From the NCBI GenBank assembly GCA_965207075.1, contig CBDBLO010000002.1, positions 928,001 to 992,000 of the forward strand: a DNA stretch of 64,000 bases, given 5' to 3'. The position numbers and the translations under genes are program-made. This DNA comes from Nitrosopumilus sp. Its GTDB lineage: Archaea; Thermoproteota; Nitrososphaeria; Nitrososphaerales; Nitrosopumilaceae. A model generated the notes under the pieces. That model was not told where the DNA came from. It saw nothing but the letters and a program-made list of their open reading frames with translations, and made no database searches. Positions 17,841-28,955 of this stretch are shown in pieces; the first letter of the stretch is position 1; the number at the start of each line of letters is the position of its first letter.

Positions 17841-19937
17841 ATGTCCAGCCACGCGGACATCCGTGCTTGCCCAGGCCTTGCCCCGGACGCCGTCCCGACC
17901 GCGCATCCCGCGGCCGCGGGGCGTACTGCGCCGCGTGCGCCCGTCACACGGATGCCCGTCCTGTCCGCGGCAACCGTCGCAATGGTGGCGGTGCTGGCCG
18001 CGTTTCTGGCGTCTGCGCCCCTCTTGGCCGGGCCCGCGTTTGCAGGCGAGGCGGGCTCCGCTTCGAGCCTGGCGTTGTTCATAAACGACCGGTACGTGGC
18101 CGCGGAGGTCGCGGCCGACCCGCCCATACTGAGGGAGGGGGAGGAGCGCATATCGCTTGAAGTGGCCATACATGACGTGGATGCAGATCCCCCGGTACCC
18201 GTATCTGACGTGTCGTACAACCTGGTGATCAGGGCCGGCGGCGACGTGCTGCTTGACCTTGACGTGTACTCGCCGTCCGGCACGTCTGTCATAGGCATCA
18301 TGCCGGACGCGTCGGGTGGCGCGACTGTCGTCTCGCAGGGCGAGCTGGACGCGTCTGGCGCATGGATCGCGTCGACTGACGAGCCCCTCCTGGTACGCGC
18401 CCCGGTCTTTCTGGAGGGCGGACTGGTCGACGTGTCGATTACGCTGCAGTCGATGGAGGGGGAGCCCGTGCTCGCGGAGGACTCCACATTAGAGGTTCCC
18501 CTGAGCGTGGGACAGTTCATACCGTTTGCAGTGGAGATTGACGGCGTGCAGACGGACTTTGTGTTTGCCACGTACCATGACAGGATAGAGGGATTCGGGT
18601 ACGACTCCCGCCAAAAGAGCATCACTGCGACGATGCCGTTTGACTGGGACGAGTCTGCCATAGGCGACGTCTCGTTCGTTCATGCAGAATACTACATACC
18701 AAAGACGGTCAAAATGTTCGAGGATCATGACATACTGCTTGCCGTAAGCGGCGTGCCGTACTTTGGCACGGTGGACAGGTCCGGCGACGATATGATAGTG
18801 GTGCACTTTCTCCTGTCCTCCTCCAAGCTTGCCGGCATGCTTGACTCGATCCCCGAGGACGAGCGCGACGTCATGACGTTTACGATAGCGTCCGGCAAGG
18901 AGCGCCAAAAGGAAAAGCAGGACGCATCGCTGGAAGAGGGCGACACCGTCGTAGTTCTGTCCGGCAGGGAGGACTGGAAGTTCTACGTCTGGCTGGAGCC
19001 TCCAGGCGGAGTCGCGCAGGGCCGAGACCTCGTGCTCAACGTAGAGTTTAGGGATCCCGTCACGAACATCATCATCCCGCTCATCACGTACGACATAGAC
19101 GTACTGCTTGACGGCCAGTCGGTCCTTTCCGAGCGCGGGCGCCACACGCCGGACGGAAGCGACCGCATACCGCTGCATTTTGCAGGGCCGGGGGCCGCCA
19201 TAGCCTCCATATCGCGGATAAACGACTTTGAGACGGGCGGCGAGTTTGCATTCACCGTGGGAAAGGGGCTTGGCCCCGACGGCGGCGGCGCGGGCGCCGT
19301 CGCCGCGTACGATCACATTGTCGAGATGGCGCCCGGCTCCTTTATGATAGGCTGCGAGCGGGACGATGCGTGCTTTGAGCCGTACGCGCTGGAGGCGCGG
19401 CAGGGCCAGACGGTCTCGTGGAAGAACCTGGACGAGCAGGGCCATACCGTGGCCTCTGGCACGCCCGGTGAGGGGCCGGACGGCATGTTTCTGAGCCCCG
19501 TTGTGGGGGAGGGACAGACATACGAGTACACGTTTGAGGACGTCGGCACGTTTGACTATTTTTGCACGCTGCACCCATGGATGCTTGGAACCGTCACTAT
19601 ACGCGAAGGGGACGGCGTTGGGAGCGGTGGCGGGGGGGAAGACTCCGACGACGTTGCAATACCCGACTGGGTAAAGTCAAACGCGCGGTGGTGGTCGGAC
19701 GGCATCATAGACGACGCCACGTTTGCGTCCGCACTCGAGTATCTGGTGCGGGAGGGGATAATTGCAATTCCCGGCACCTCGGATCCCGGCCCTGGCGATG
19801 CGGCGGGCGACAGCAGCGCTGCAATACCCGACTGGGTAAAGTCAAACGCGCGGTGGTGGTCGGACGGCATCATAGACGACGCCACGTTTGCGGGGGCCAT
19901 CGAGTGGATGATAGCAAACGGCGTCATTTCTCTGTGA
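17841..19937 (+). CDS. Secreted/surface multidomain protein with type-1 copper (cupredoxin) domain and two C-terminal IPxWVK..WW modules
   Basis: Hydrophobic signal ending GPAFA; GHTVASG...YFCTLHPWMLG ligands; two IPDWVKSNARWWSDGIIDDATF modules typical of thaumarchaeal surface proteins. Confidence 0.85.
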   Translation: MSSHADIRACPGLAPDAVPTAHPAAAGRTAPRAPVTRMPVLSAATVAMVAVLAAFLASAPLLAGPAFAGEAGSASSLALFINDRYVAAEVAADPPILREGEERISLEVAIHDVDADPPVPVSDVSYNLVIRAGGDVLLDLDVYSPSGTSVIGIMPDASGGATVVSQGELDASGAWIASTDEPLLVRAPVFLEGGLVDVSITLQSMEGEPVLAEDSTLEVPLSVGQFIPFAVEIDGVQTDFVFATYHDRIEGFGYDSRQKSITATMPFDWDESAIGDVSFVHAEYYIPKTVKMFEDHDILLAVSGVPYFGTVDRSGDDMIVVHFLLSSSKLAGMLDSIPEDERDVMTFTIASGKERQKEKQDASLEEGDTVVVLSGREDWKFYVWLEPPGGVAQGRDLVLNVEFRDPVTNIIIPLITYDIDVLLDGQSVLSERGRHTPDGSDRIPLHFAGPGAAIASISRINDFETGGEFAFTVGKGLGPDGGGAGAVAAYDHIVEMAPGSFMIGCERDDACFEPYALEARQGQTVSWKNLDEQGHTVASGTPGEGPDGMFLSPVVGEGQTYEYTFEDVGTFDYFCTLHPWMLGTVTIREGDGVGSGGGGEDSDDVAIPDWVKSNARWWSDGIIDDATFASALEYLVREGIIAIPGTSDPGPGDAAGDSSAAIPDWVKSNARWWSDGIIDDATFAGAIEWMIANGVISL

Positions 19938-20210
19938 TGCTCTGCGCCTGCTGTGTGCGTGCCAATGCCGGTGCTGTGCCAGCGCCCGCCTTACGGTGTC
20001 GTACGCGACCGTGCCATGGGCCCCTGCGGCCGGTAGTGCGTGGCCGCATCTGCATCTGCGCTCCATTCCCTCACTCCCCCCACCCACTCGCACCCGCACA
20101 CCCCGCCTTGCCTTCTCTCTGTCCCTCCCCCCCTCCCGCGCCCCGCCTGTCCTTGCCGACGGCCTCCGCCGTCTAGATTTTTATTTGGAGTCACGGGCGT
20201 CAAAAGAGAT

Positions 20211-20849
20211 TTGTCGTCTCTGGAGCTTGTTCACAAGGATGACCGCAAGATATCCGTAAAGCTGAAGGGTGTCCCGCTGCAGTATGCAAACGCGCTGCGG
20301 AGGACGTGCCTCAACGACGTGCCCGTGTTTGCAATAGATACCGTCGACATCATACAGAACTCGTCGGTGATTCCAGACGAAGGCCTGGCGCACAGGCTGG
20401 GACTGATCCCGCTGAGGACCGACCTTGAGAGGTTCTCTGAGCCTGCAGACTGCTCGTGCGGGGGCGATCCGGGGTGCTCGAACTGCCGCGTCATGCTTGT
20501 GCTTGACTCGGCAGAGTCTGAATCCGAAAGCATTACGGTTTTCTCAGAAAGCCTGATCTCTGACGATGCCGACGTCTTGCCAATCTCCGACAAGGTTCCG
20601 ATAGTGCGCCTTGCGCCCGGACAAAAGGTCAAGGCCGAGTGCTTTGCCAGGCTCGGGCGCGGGACGGAGCATGCAAAGTGGAACTCTGCAAACGTCTCTG
20701 TACTGGTGGACGGCGAAACAGAAGACGAGCGCATACTGACGGTCGAATCCACGGGCGCGCTCAGGCCGGAACAGATCCTGCTTGCCGGCATAGACGAGGT
20801 CAACCGCAAACTGGCCGAGTTTCAGGGCATGGTAAAGGAACTAGGATAA
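20211..20849 (+). CDS. rpo3: RNA polymerase subunit D (Rpo3)
   Basis: YANALRR, NSSVIPDEGLAHRLGLIP and GTEHAKW; TTG start. Confidence 0.95.
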   Translation: MSSLELVHKDDRKISVKLKGVPLQYANALRRTCLNDVPVFAIDTVDIIQNSSVIPDEGLAHRLGLIPLRTDLERFSEPADCSCGGDPGCSNCRVMLVLDSAESESESITVFSESLISDDADVLPISDKVPIVRLAPGQKVKAECFARLGRGTEHAKWNSANVSVLVDGETEDERILTVESTGALRPEQILLAGIDEVNRKLAEFQGMVKELG

Positions 20850-21314
20850 TCCCGACGCTGAGGTCCGGGATTCTGCGCCTGCCCGCGTCAACTTTGTGCA
20901 CAGTCCGACATACCTGCAACGGCCGCATACATCAGAATGTCCACGACGCGTAACACACCAAGAGTCACAGACGGCACTAGATGCCCATCCCCGCGCCCGA
21001 AGGCGCCCTGCAGCGACAGCGGCGGCCCGCATCATGCCTTTACGGACTCCGTCGGCTCGCTGCCGGGACGGCCGCATGAGCCTGCATGGGATCGCACCCC
21101 TGCACTTGCAAGCGTCCGAGGGCCTCTCGGCGTGCGTACCGCCCATCCGTCCGCGTGGGGCGTCTCGAGGCGTCGCATGCAGGACCCCTGGGCCGTTATG
21201 GCTGCCACGCGGCGCCCGCCATTGCCGTCCGGGCCTGCGTGCTGCCGCCCGCCGCATGATTCCCGCCCCCTGCGCTAGGCATACATTATATTTGGGCCGC
21301 AGACGGCGCCCTGC

Positions 21315-21662
21315 ATGGCAAATTCCGTGCTACTGCATACCGCGCGAGACCTCAAAAGGGCGTCCTTGCAGCATGACGCCCCCCTGTGGGCCCGCCTTGC
21401 AGAGTACATGCTAAAACCGTCGTCTGCGCGCCGCAACATCAACATAAAGCGACTTGGACAGCTTACAAAGGCCGACGACACCGTGGTCTTTCCGGGCAAG
21501 GTGCTGGGCACGGGAAGCATCCCGCACCGCATCACCCTGTACTCCTTCTCTATATCTGCAAGCGCCCTCTCAAAGATCAAGGCGGCGGGGGGGACTGCCA
21601 TTGCGCACGATGTTCTGATAAGCCAGAATCCGACCGGCAAGGGGGTCGTCCTGCTTGGCTGA
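21315..21662 (+). CDS. rpl18e: 50S ribosomal protein L18e
   Basis: VVFPGKVLGTG, SALSKIKAAGG and NPTG. Confidence 0.95.
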   Translation: MANSVLLHTARDLKRASLQHDAPLWARLAEYMLKPSSARRNINIKRLGQLTKADDTVVFPGKVLGTGSIPHRITLYSFSISASALSKIKAAGGTAIAHDVLISQNPTGKGVVLLG

Positions 21663-22386
21663 GGGCAACGACGCCTCTTCGAGACAGGGCGATATGCCTT
21701 CTGGGGATGCGGCGGCTCCATCCTCCCAGCCTGCGGAAGAAAATAAAGAGCAAGTGCTTGAGCTCTCACTGGATTCCAAAAAAGAGGTACCTGCAGAGAT
21801 ACAGGAGGACGCGGGCTCCGAAGGGGATCTTGCTGCAAAGGGCCAAGACTCTGACGATTCTGGTGCTGGCGACGCGCCTGCAGGCGCCGCGGGCGCCCCC
21901 AAGACGCGTCCTGGCAAGGGAAAGTCGCCCAATCCGAACGCCGACGGCACCGACAGGCCCATTGTGGTCGATGCGTCTAATCACGTCGCAGGCCGACTCT
22001 CGTCGCTTGTTGCAAAGATGCTCCTGAAGGGGAACCGCATCTCCCTTGTAAACTGCGAACGCATCATGATAAGCGGCACTCGCTCCAACACCATACACGA
22101 ATACCGGCAGTTTCTAAAGATAAACAGCATAATCAACCCAAAGCATGGGCCTGTCCACTACCGCAGGCCCGACACGGTGATTACAAAGATGATACGCGGG
22201 ATGCTGCCTTTTGAGAAAAAACCGTCTGGCAAGACATCCCACAAGCGGTTGCGCGCCTACGTCGGCTCGCCCAAGGAACTAAAGCCGTTCAAAAAGGTGC
22301 AGTTTGAAAAGGCAATGATAAGGAGATCCGCATCCTCGTATACCACGATGGGGGAGCTCTGCAGGGTTATAGGGTGGACTGAATGA
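21655..22386 (+). CDS. rpl13: 50S ribosomal protein L13 with long acidic N-terminal extension
   Basis: VVDASNHVAGRLSS, GPVHYRRP and IRGMLP. Confidence 0.95.
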   Translation: MAEGNDASSRQGDMPSGDAAAPSSQPAEENKEQVLELSLDSKKEVPAEIQEDAGSEGDLAAKGQDSDDSGAGDAPAGAAGAPKTRPGKGKSPNPNADGTDRPIVVDASNHVAGRLSSLVAKMLLKGNRISLVNCERIMISGTRSNTIHEYRQFLKINSIINPKHGPVHYRRPDTVITKMIRGMLPFEKKPSGKTSHKRLRAYVGSPKELKPFKKVQFEKAMIRRSASSYTTMGELCRVIGWTE

Positions 22387-22835
22387 CGACGCCAAAGACC
22401 GAGATATACTTTGCAACGCGCAAGACGTCGAGCGCCCACGTATACATAACAAAGGGCAAGGGCAGGGTGCGTGTAAACAACGTCCCCGTTGAGATGATTC
22501 CGCAGGAGATTGCAAGGGAGGTGATGCTTGCGCCACTTGAGATTGCCGGCGAGGGCGTGCGACAGCAGATCGACATCTCTGTACGCGTCAGAGGCGGCGG
22601 CGTCATGGGACAGGCAGGAGCCGCCTCAATCGGTATATCCAGGGCCCTGACAGGATGGACAAAGTCCAAGAAGGAGCCGCGGGCGCACCCATTTTCGAGA
22701 TCCGATCGCGAAACCCTGCGCAAGAGGATTGCCGACTATGACAAGTACCTGATAAGCGGCGATGCCCGGCGCAAGGAACCCAAAAAGTTCGGCGGGCCCG
22801 GCGCGAGAAGAAGAAAGCAGAAATCATACCGGTAG
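22383..22835 (+). CDS. rps9: 30S ribosomal protein S9
   Basis: GGGVMGQA and EPKKFGGPGARRRKQKSYR. Confidence 0.97.
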   Translation: MTTPKTEIYFATRKTSSAHVYITKGKGRVRVNNVPVEMIPQEIAREVMLAPLEIAGEGVRQQIDISVRVRGGGVMGQAGAASIGISRALTGWTKSKKEPRAHPFSRSDRETLRKRIADYDKYLISGDARRKEPKKFGGPGARRRKQKSYR

Positions 22836-22943
22836 CCGCGACGCATCCTGTCGCCGCCGCCGCCGCCGCCGCATGTACATCGCCACTCCCGTCTTGGTCA
22901 ATACGTATGATTATATCTCAATCTAGCTACCGTCCGTACACAC

Positions 22944-23804
22944 ATGAAGGCAGTAATCATGGCCGGCGGGCAGGGCACCCGGGGCAGGCCGTATTCGGAG
23001 TACTTTCCAAAGGCGATGACTCCCGTACGCGACAAGCCCCTCATCGACCACATTGTACGGTATGTCGAGTCGTTTGAGTTTGTGGATCAGGTTGTTGTAA
23101 TCACAGATCTTGCGGGACTGGGTGGGCAGATCTACAACTATTACGGCGCAGACGATCCCGCGTGCGACTCGGGACGCATTGCATTCGTGCAGGACTCGCA
23201 GAGCGGCACCGGCGGGGACCTGCTGCACGCGTCAGGACTGATCCCGCCAGGCGAGCCGTTTGTGCTGTGGTTCGCCGACAACCTGTGCGCCGTGGATCTG
23301 GCCGGAATGTACAGACAGTTCCGTGACATGGGAAGCGCGGTGTGCATTGCGACTCGCGCCAAGCGCGCCGAAGAGACGGGTTTTGCCGTAGTCGACGACG
23401 ACGGAGTCGTGCTCAAGTTCGTCGAAAAGCCCGTGATGGAGCTGCCCCTGCCCGAGTGCCTCGGGGTGTATATGCTGCGTCACGACGTGCTGTCGCGCAT
23501 ATCCGACGCGATGGATAATGCGAATTCCGCGACGCGCGCTACGCGTGAGGCGGGTGATGGCAGCGGCGATGGCAGCGGCGATGGCAGCGGCAGCAGCAGA
23601 GATGCCACCGTCAGGACGCAGATCAACCTCTCCCATGACATACTGCAGGGACTCTCAGAGGAGGGCGCAATAAGCGCGTTTGACATTGGCGACGCGCAGT
23701 GGGTCGACGTAGAATCACCCGCGATTCTGGAGCGAAAAAAGGACGCCGTGCTCGAGATACTGTCTGAGATGACCCGCGCACGCCCCGAGGCAGGCGCCCC
23801 GTAG
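22944..23804 (+). CDS. Sugar-phosphate nucleotidyltransferase family protein
   Basis: AVIMAGGQGTR...PKAM, GTGG and FVEKP. Confidence 0.88.
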   Translation: MKAVIMAGGQGTRGRPYSEYFPKAMTPVRDKPLIDHIVRYVESFEFVDQVVVITDLAGLGGQIYNYYGADDPACDSGRIAFVQDSQSGTGGDLLHASGLIPPGEPFVLWFADNLCAVDLAGMYRQFRDMGSAVCIATRAKRAEETGFAVVDDDGVVLKFVEKPVMELPLPECLGVYMLRHDVLSRISDAMDNANSATRATREAGDGSGDGSGDGSGSSRDATVRTQINLSHDILQGLSEEGAISAFDIGDAQWVDVESPAILERKKDAVLEILSEMTRARPEAGAP

Positions 23805-23902
23805 CGGTTCGGGTTCTGCGCGTCTGGCATCACGCCCCAGTCTGTCGTCCGGTGTGCGTGACATGCTGTTGCCGCTCCACCCTCCCTTCCCTCCGCCGGT
23901 GG

Positions 23903-24571
23903 TTACGTCCCGGACGGCCTGTCGGGGAGCAGGGGAGGGGCCGCGCTCCCTGTCATGCTTGACTTCCTCTCAAACTCTGCTATCTCCTTCTCGTACTTTA
24001 GTGTCTGCGCAATCTCGTCTAGCCCCTCCAAAAGGACCGTCCGCCTGTGGGGCTCTATCTCAAACCGCGCCACGTGAGACGGGCCGGCGTGATCCCCCGG
24101 GCCGTACATCCTTACCTCCTTGGCCTCGAGGTCGACCTCTACGTCGCCCTCGAACTTGAGTATGTCTCGAACCTCGCCTCTCTCAAGCGTGACCGGAAGC
24201 ACGCCGTTTTTGAAGCAGTTGTTGTAGAATATGTCTGCAAAGGATGGCGCGATCACGGCCCTGAATCCATGGTCGGCAAGGGCCCATACCGCATGCTCCC
24301 TTGAGGAGCCGCACCCAAAGTTCTCCCCCGTCGCGAGTATGGCCGAGCCCTTGTATTTGGGATGGTTTAGCACAAAGTCGGGCCTCGGGACGACGGATGC
24401 GTCGCCGCTGCCGTCCTCTATCCTCTCATACCTCCAGTCATAAAACAGGTACCTTCCAAAGCCCGAGCGCTGCACCAGCTTTAGAAACTGCTTTGGCACT
24501 ATCTGGTCCGTATCGATGTTTATCTTGTCAAGCGGCGTTGCCACGCTCCTGACCGTACTAAACGGTTCCAT
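23903..24571 (-). CDS. leuD: 3-isopropylmalate dehydratase small subunit
   Basis: [20 protein letters not shown] and FADIFYNN. Confidence 0.95.
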   Translation of the reverse strand: MEPFSTVRSVATPLDKINIDTDQIVPKQFLKLVQRSGFGRYLFYDWRYERIEDGSGDASVVPRPDFVLNHPKYKGSAILATGENFGCGSSREHAVWALADHGFRAVIAPSFADIFYNNCFKNGVLPVTLERGEVRDILKFEGDVEVDLEAKEVRMYGPGDHAGPSHVARFEIEPHRRTVLLEGLDEIAQTLKYEKEIAEFERKSSMTGSAAPPLLPDRPSGT

Positions 24572-26003
24572 CCGGCATGTCCATCTCCCTTACGTCTACA
24601 AAGTGGCCGTTCACAGCGGCCGCGGCAGCCATCACGGGGCTTGCAAGGTGCGTCCTGCCCCCTGTCCCCTGCCTGCCCTCAAAGTTGCGGTTGGATGTGC
24701 TCGCGCAACGCTCGCCGGGCATGAGTATGTCCGGGTTCATTCCGAGGCACATGCTGCATCCTGACTCGCGCCACTCGAAACCCGCGTCCTTGAATACGGC
24801 GTCGAGGCCCATCTCCTCCGCGCCCCTCTTTACTGCCTGCGAGCCGGGCACCACCATGGCCCTCACCCCGCGTGCAATCTTTCGCCCCCTGACTGCGCGG
24901 GACGCCTCGATGAGATCCTCGAGCCTTGCATTGGTGCATGACCCGATGAAGACCCTGTCAAGCGATATCTCGGTCATGGGCGTCCCGGGTTCGAGCCCCA
25001 TGTACTGTAATGCCTTTCTGGCGCTATCCTCCCTTGACTTGTCGCCGTCCCCATACTCGGCGGGATCCGGCACCGCCTCCGTAACATCGCACGTCATTCC
25101 GGGGTTCGTCCCCCAGCTGACCTGGGGGGCTATCCTGCTTGCGTCGATCTCGTACCTCTTTGCAAACGACGCCTTTGAATCGGTCCTAAGCGTCTTTTCC
25201 CACATGTCGGCCATTTCCTCGTAGTTCTCCGGCGTGTACGTCCTGCCGCGCAGGTACTCGAACGTCTTTTCGTCCGGCGCCACGAGCCCCGCCCTGGCGC
25301 CCGCCTCGATTGACATGTTGCAGATTGTCATCCTCTGCTCCATTGACATGTCCGACACGGCCTGGCCCCTGTACTCTGCCACGTGCCCCGCGCCGCCGTC
25401 CGTTCCAATCTTCCGTATCACGTACAGTATGACGTCCTTTGCAGTGACCGCGTGCGGCCCTGACATGCGCCCGCGTATCATGATCTCGAGGGACTTGGGC
25501 TTCTGCATCCATACGGTCTGCGACGCCAGGACGTGCTCGACGTCGCTTGTGCCGATCCCAAAGGCCAGGGCCCCGAACGCCCCGTGGGTCGAGGTGTGGC
25601 TGTCGCCGCACACTATCGTGGCCCCCGGCAGCGTAATGCCGAGCTGCGGTCCAATCACGTGCACGATCCCCTGATCGGGGCTGTCCATGCCAAACAGCCT
25701 GATTCCGAACTCGCGGCAGTTCTCCTCAAGCGTGCGCACCTGCAGGTCGGACGTCTGGTCGGCCATGGGAAGCCTGCGTTCGCCGGGCGTGGTCGGCACG
25801 TTGTGGTCCATCGTGGCCACGGTAAGGTCGGGCCGCCTGACCCTCCTGCCGTTTGTACGCAGCCCCTCAAAGGCCTGCGGGGACGTTACCTCGTGCACCA
25901 TGTGCCTGTCCACGTAGAGCAGTGACGGGCCGTCCGCGCCATTGCGCAACACCTCGTGCGAGTCCCATATCTTTTCAAACAGGGTGGAGGCGTTCTGCGC
26001 CAT
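24558..26003 (-). CDS. leuC: 3-isopropylmalate dehydratase large subunit
   Basis: [28 protein letters not shown] and [12 protein letters not shown]. Confidence 0.96.
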   Translation of the reverse strand: MAQNASTLFEKIWDSHEVLRNGADGPSLLYVDRHMVHEVTSPQAFEGLRTNGRRVRRPDLTVATMDHNVPTTPGERRLPMADQTSDLQVRTLEENCREFGIRLFGMDSPDQGIVHVIGPQLGITLPGATIVCGDSHTSTHGAFGALAFGIGTSDVEHVLASQTVWMQKPKSLEIMIRGRMSGPHAVTAKDVILYVIRKIGTDGGAGHVAEYRGQAVSDMSMEQRMTICNMSIEAGARAGLVAPDEKTFEYLRGRTYTPENYEEMADMWEKTLRTDSKASFAKRYEIDASRIAPQVSWGTNPGMTCDVTEAVPDPAEYGDGDKSREDSARKALQYMGLEPGTPMTEISLDRVFIGSCTNARLEDLIEASRAVRGRKIARGVRAMVVPGSQAVKRGAEEMGLDAVFKDAGFEWRESGCSMCLGMNPDILMPGERCASTSNRNFEGRQGTGGRTHLASPVMAAAAAVNGHFVDVREMDMPDGTV

Positions 26004-26005
26004 GC

Positions 26006-26575
26006 CTAGGACCCCGGTTGCTGCTGTTGCTGTTGCTGCTTTTGCTGCATCCCATACCTGAACAGCCCCCCCGCGTCTATTATCTTGCCTATGATCTCTG
26101 AGAACGGCTTGATCTCGTACGTCTTGCCCGTGGTCTCGTTGCGCAGCTGGCCCGCCTTGACGTCTATGGTTACGACGTCCCCCTCGCTTGTGCCCTCGTA
26201 TGCGTCCTCCCCTATCTCTATGGGCAGCAGGAACGCGCCATCCACCGCGTTCCTGTAGAATATCCTTGCAAACGAGAGGGCCGCCACCGCCTTGATTCCG
26301 GAGTGCGCCAGAGCTATCGGGGCGTGCTCCCTTGAGGAGCCGCAGCCAAAGTTGCGGCCCGCCACGATAAAGCTGGCGTTCTTGGCCTTTGAGTGAAAGT
26401 CCCCGTCAAGCCCCTCCATCGCGTGCGTTGCAAGCTCCGCATAGTCGTGTATCTTCAGATACTGCCCCGGTATGATGACGTCGGTGTCTATGTTGTCCCT
26501 TGCATATTTTATCACGCCGCCCGTAACTGCACCGTTGCCGCCCATGTTCTTGATCCTCCTCTTCCCCCTTCCCAT
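26006..26575 (-). CDS. Type-2 (homoaconitase-like) dehydratase small subunit
   Basis: [24 protein letters not shown] and SFARIFYRN; ATG overlaps the upstream stop; poly-Q tail. Confidence 0.9.
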   Translation of the reverse strand: MGRGKRRIKNMGGNGAVTGGVIKYARDNIDTDVIIPGQYLKIHDYAELATHAMEGLDGDFHSKAKNASFIVAGRNFGCGSSREHAPIALAHSGIKAVAALSFARIFYRNAVDGAFLLPIEIGEDAYEGTSEGDVVTIDVKAGQLRNETTGKTYEIKPFSEIIGKIIDAGGLFRYGMQQKQQQQQQQPGS

Positions 26576-27897
26576 TACGCCGCGTGCGCGATCTCCCTCG
26601 GGTCGGTAATCCTGCCCGTAACCGCGGATGCCGCGGCCACCATCGGGGACGCCAGGTACGTCCTGGACTCGACATGCCCCATTCTGCCGGGAAAGTTCCT
26701 GTTCGTGGTACTGATGCATACCTCGTCCTTGCCCAGTACGCCCATGTGCGCGCCGCAGCAGGCGCCGCACGTGGGCGGCCCTACCGTGGCCCCCGCGTCC
26801 AGGAATATCTTGAGGAGCCCCGACTCCATGGCGCGCCTGTATATCGATATGGCGGCCGGAAGGACCTCTGTCCTGATCCTGACTCTTCTGCCCTTTAGTA
26901 CCCGCGCCGCGGCCTCCAGGTCCTCGTATTTTGCGCCCGTGCACGAGCCGATGTACGACTTGTCAAGCTCCACCGACGGGGACTCGCTGACGGGCCTGGT
27001 GTTCTCCGGCGAGAACGGCTCGGCCACCACGGGCTCCAGCTCCGAGGCCTCGTACTCGTATACCTCGGCATAGTCCGAGTCGGCTCCGTCCGGCTCCGAG
27101 TAGTCTGCGCCGCCGCGGCCCAGGCTCACCTTTGCCGCCTCCCTTCCAGCTCCGCTCATCCTCTCCTCCAGGTATGCGGCGGTCTTCTGGTCAGGGCGCA
27201 CTATGCCGTTCTTGGCGCCCGCCTCCGTCGTCATGTTGCACAGGGTCAGCCGGCCCTCGACGGACATCCCCTCTATGCCCGTCCCCCCGAACTGCATGGT
27301 CCTGTAGGCCCCGCCGTCGGTCCCGATGTCGCCTATTATCCTCAGTATGAGGTCCTTTGCCATCACGTGGCTTGGCAGCCTTCCGTTGAGCCTAAAGTAC
27401 ATCGTCTCGGGGACCTTGAACCATATCTGGCCGTTGAGCAGCACGTACGCCATGTCGGTGTGCCCCAGCCCGCATGCAAAGGCCCCGAGCGCCCCGGTGG
27501 TGTTGGTGTGGGAGTCGCCCCCGACGTAGACGTCCCCCGGCATCACCATGGCCTCCTCGTGGGATATGGTGTGGCATATGCCGTACTGGCCCATCCCGTA
27601 CCTAAAGTGGTTCTTGATTCCGTACCTGCTGGTGAACTCGGAGAGCCTTGCAATGTTCTCTGCTGATATCTTTTCTGCCGACGGCACAAAGTGATCCTCG
27701 GCCACCCACACGCGGTCCGGATCCCACAGCTTGTCCGTGGGGATTCCCTGCCCCGCAATCCTCTCAAAGACCTTGATCACCCCGGGCCCCGACACGTCGT
27801 GCAGCATGGCCCTGTCCACCTTTGCAAACACCACGTCGTCCGGCGACACGCTGCTTTTGCCGGACGCCCGCGCAAGTATCCTCTCGACCAGGTTCAT
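26575..27897 (-). CDS. Type-2 (homoaconitase-like) dehydratase large subunit
   Basis: GDSHT, IGSCTG, CGACCG and STTNRNFPGRMG; start MNLVERIL. Confidence 0.92.
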   Translation of the reverse strand: MNLVERILARASGKSSVSPDDVVFAKVDRAMLHDVSGPGVIKVFERIAGQGIPTDKLWDPDRVWVAEDHFVPSAEKISAENIARLSEFTSRYGIKNHFRYGMGQYGICHTISHEEAMVMPGDVYVGGDSHTNTTGALGAFACGLGHTDMAYVLLNGQIWFKVPETMYFRLNGRLPSHVMAKDLILRIIGDIGTDGGAYRTMQFGGTGIEGMSVEGRLTLCNMTTEAGAKNGIVRPDQKTAAYLEERMSGAGREAAKVSLGRGGADYSEPDGADSDYAEVYEYEASELEPVVAEPFSPENTRPVSESPSVELDKSYIGSCTGAKYEDLEAAARVLKGRRVRIRTEVLPAAISIYRRAMESGLLKIFLDAGATVGPPTCGACCGAHMGVLGKDEVCISTTNRNFPGRMGHVESRTYLASPMVAAASAVTGRITDPREIAHAA

Positions 27898-28082
27898 TAC
27901 AATCCGCCGGATGTTGGTGCGGGTTAAAAGTTTTGTACATGCGCAGGCACCGGGTTTTGTGCCCGAACTGGCCCCGGTGCGCGCGCCGCTAGGCGCCCTG
28001 CCGTGGCAGGGCCTTCGACTGACGCCGGCGCTTGGTCGAAGCCCCCGCCAAGAATAAAAGAGAGCCGCGGCATGCGCCGTTC

Positions 28083-28955
28083 GTGCCGCTGACAGTGCTG
28101 CCGCTTGAGTCGAGGCACATGAGCGGCAGGTTTGACATGTTTGCAGAGCTTGCCCGCTCGCTTGGACGCCGCGGCATGCGTCTTGCACGGGGGGACATAC
28201 TTGTAGTATCCACAAAGTACGCCTCGTATGCGGAGGGGCGAATCATAGACGTGCGGGGCGTGCGAGCCTCCGCGCAGGCGCGGCGCCTCTCTGGGCGCTA
28301 CGGTTTGAGCCGTGAGATGGCCGAGCTTGTACTCCGGGAGTCGGATCGCATACTCGGGGGAGTGGCAGGTTTTGTAATGGCGGCATCCGCCCCGTTCCGT
28401 CCGCCCCCCGCCGAGCCGCCCCCCGCCGGCCACGGCGCCCGCCGCACGGCGAACCGGGCTGCCGGCGCCCCTCCTCCCCGGCACGGCCTGCTACTTGCGC
28501 CCAATGCCGGGATAGACCTCTCAAACGCAAGGAGGGGCAGGGCCGTACTGTATCCTGACTCTCCCTACGATACTGCCGAGCTGCTCCGGCGCAAGATCCT
28601 GCTTGAGATGGGCGTTGCCGTGGGGGTGATACTGGTCGACAGCCGGCTGATGCCTGCAAGGGTCGGGACGTCCGGGGTGGCCGTGGCCCATGCGGGCATA
28701 GAGCCGGTCCGGGACGCCAGATCCAGGCCCGATCTTGAGGGCAACCCGCTCAAGGTGACGTTCCAGGCCGCATCGGACTCTATGGCCACCGTTGCAAACC
28801 ACGCAATGGGAGAGGGTGCCGAGTCCGTCCCGTTTGTAATAATACGCGACTCGGGCATCCCGCTGACAGGCAGGCGCCCCGGCCCGTCTGAGACTGCCGT
28901 GCCTGCGGGGCAGTGCGTCTATGTTCGCGGACTGTCGTCCCCTGCGGCGGTGTGA
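28083..28955 (+). CDS. cofE: Coenzyme F420-0:L-glutamate ligase
   Basis: GDILVVSTK, PNAGIDLSN and MGEGAESVP. Confidence 0.88.
   Translation: MPLTVLPLESRHMSGRFDMFAELARSLGRRGMRLARGDILVVSTKYASYAEGRIIDVRGVRASAQARRLSGRYGLSREMAELVLRESDRILGGVAGFVMAASAPFRPPPAEPPPAGHGARRTANRAAGAPPPRHGLLLAPNAGIDLSNARRGRAVLYPDSPYDTAELLRRKILLEMGVAVGVILVDSRLMPARVGTSGVAVAHAGIEPVRDARSRPDLEGNPLKVTFQAASDSMATVANHAMGEGAESVPFVIIRDSGIPLTGRRPGPSETAVPAGQCVYVRGLSSPAAV

Noticed and set aside
20850-21290. SRP RNA or other ncRNA in the long rpo3-rpl18e gap (minus-strand CAGGCCCGGA; nested 7-8 bp inverted repeats)
   Set aside because: The helix-8 GGAA tetraloop and AGCAA motif are incomplete, and short inverted repeats are expected by chance at this GC content.
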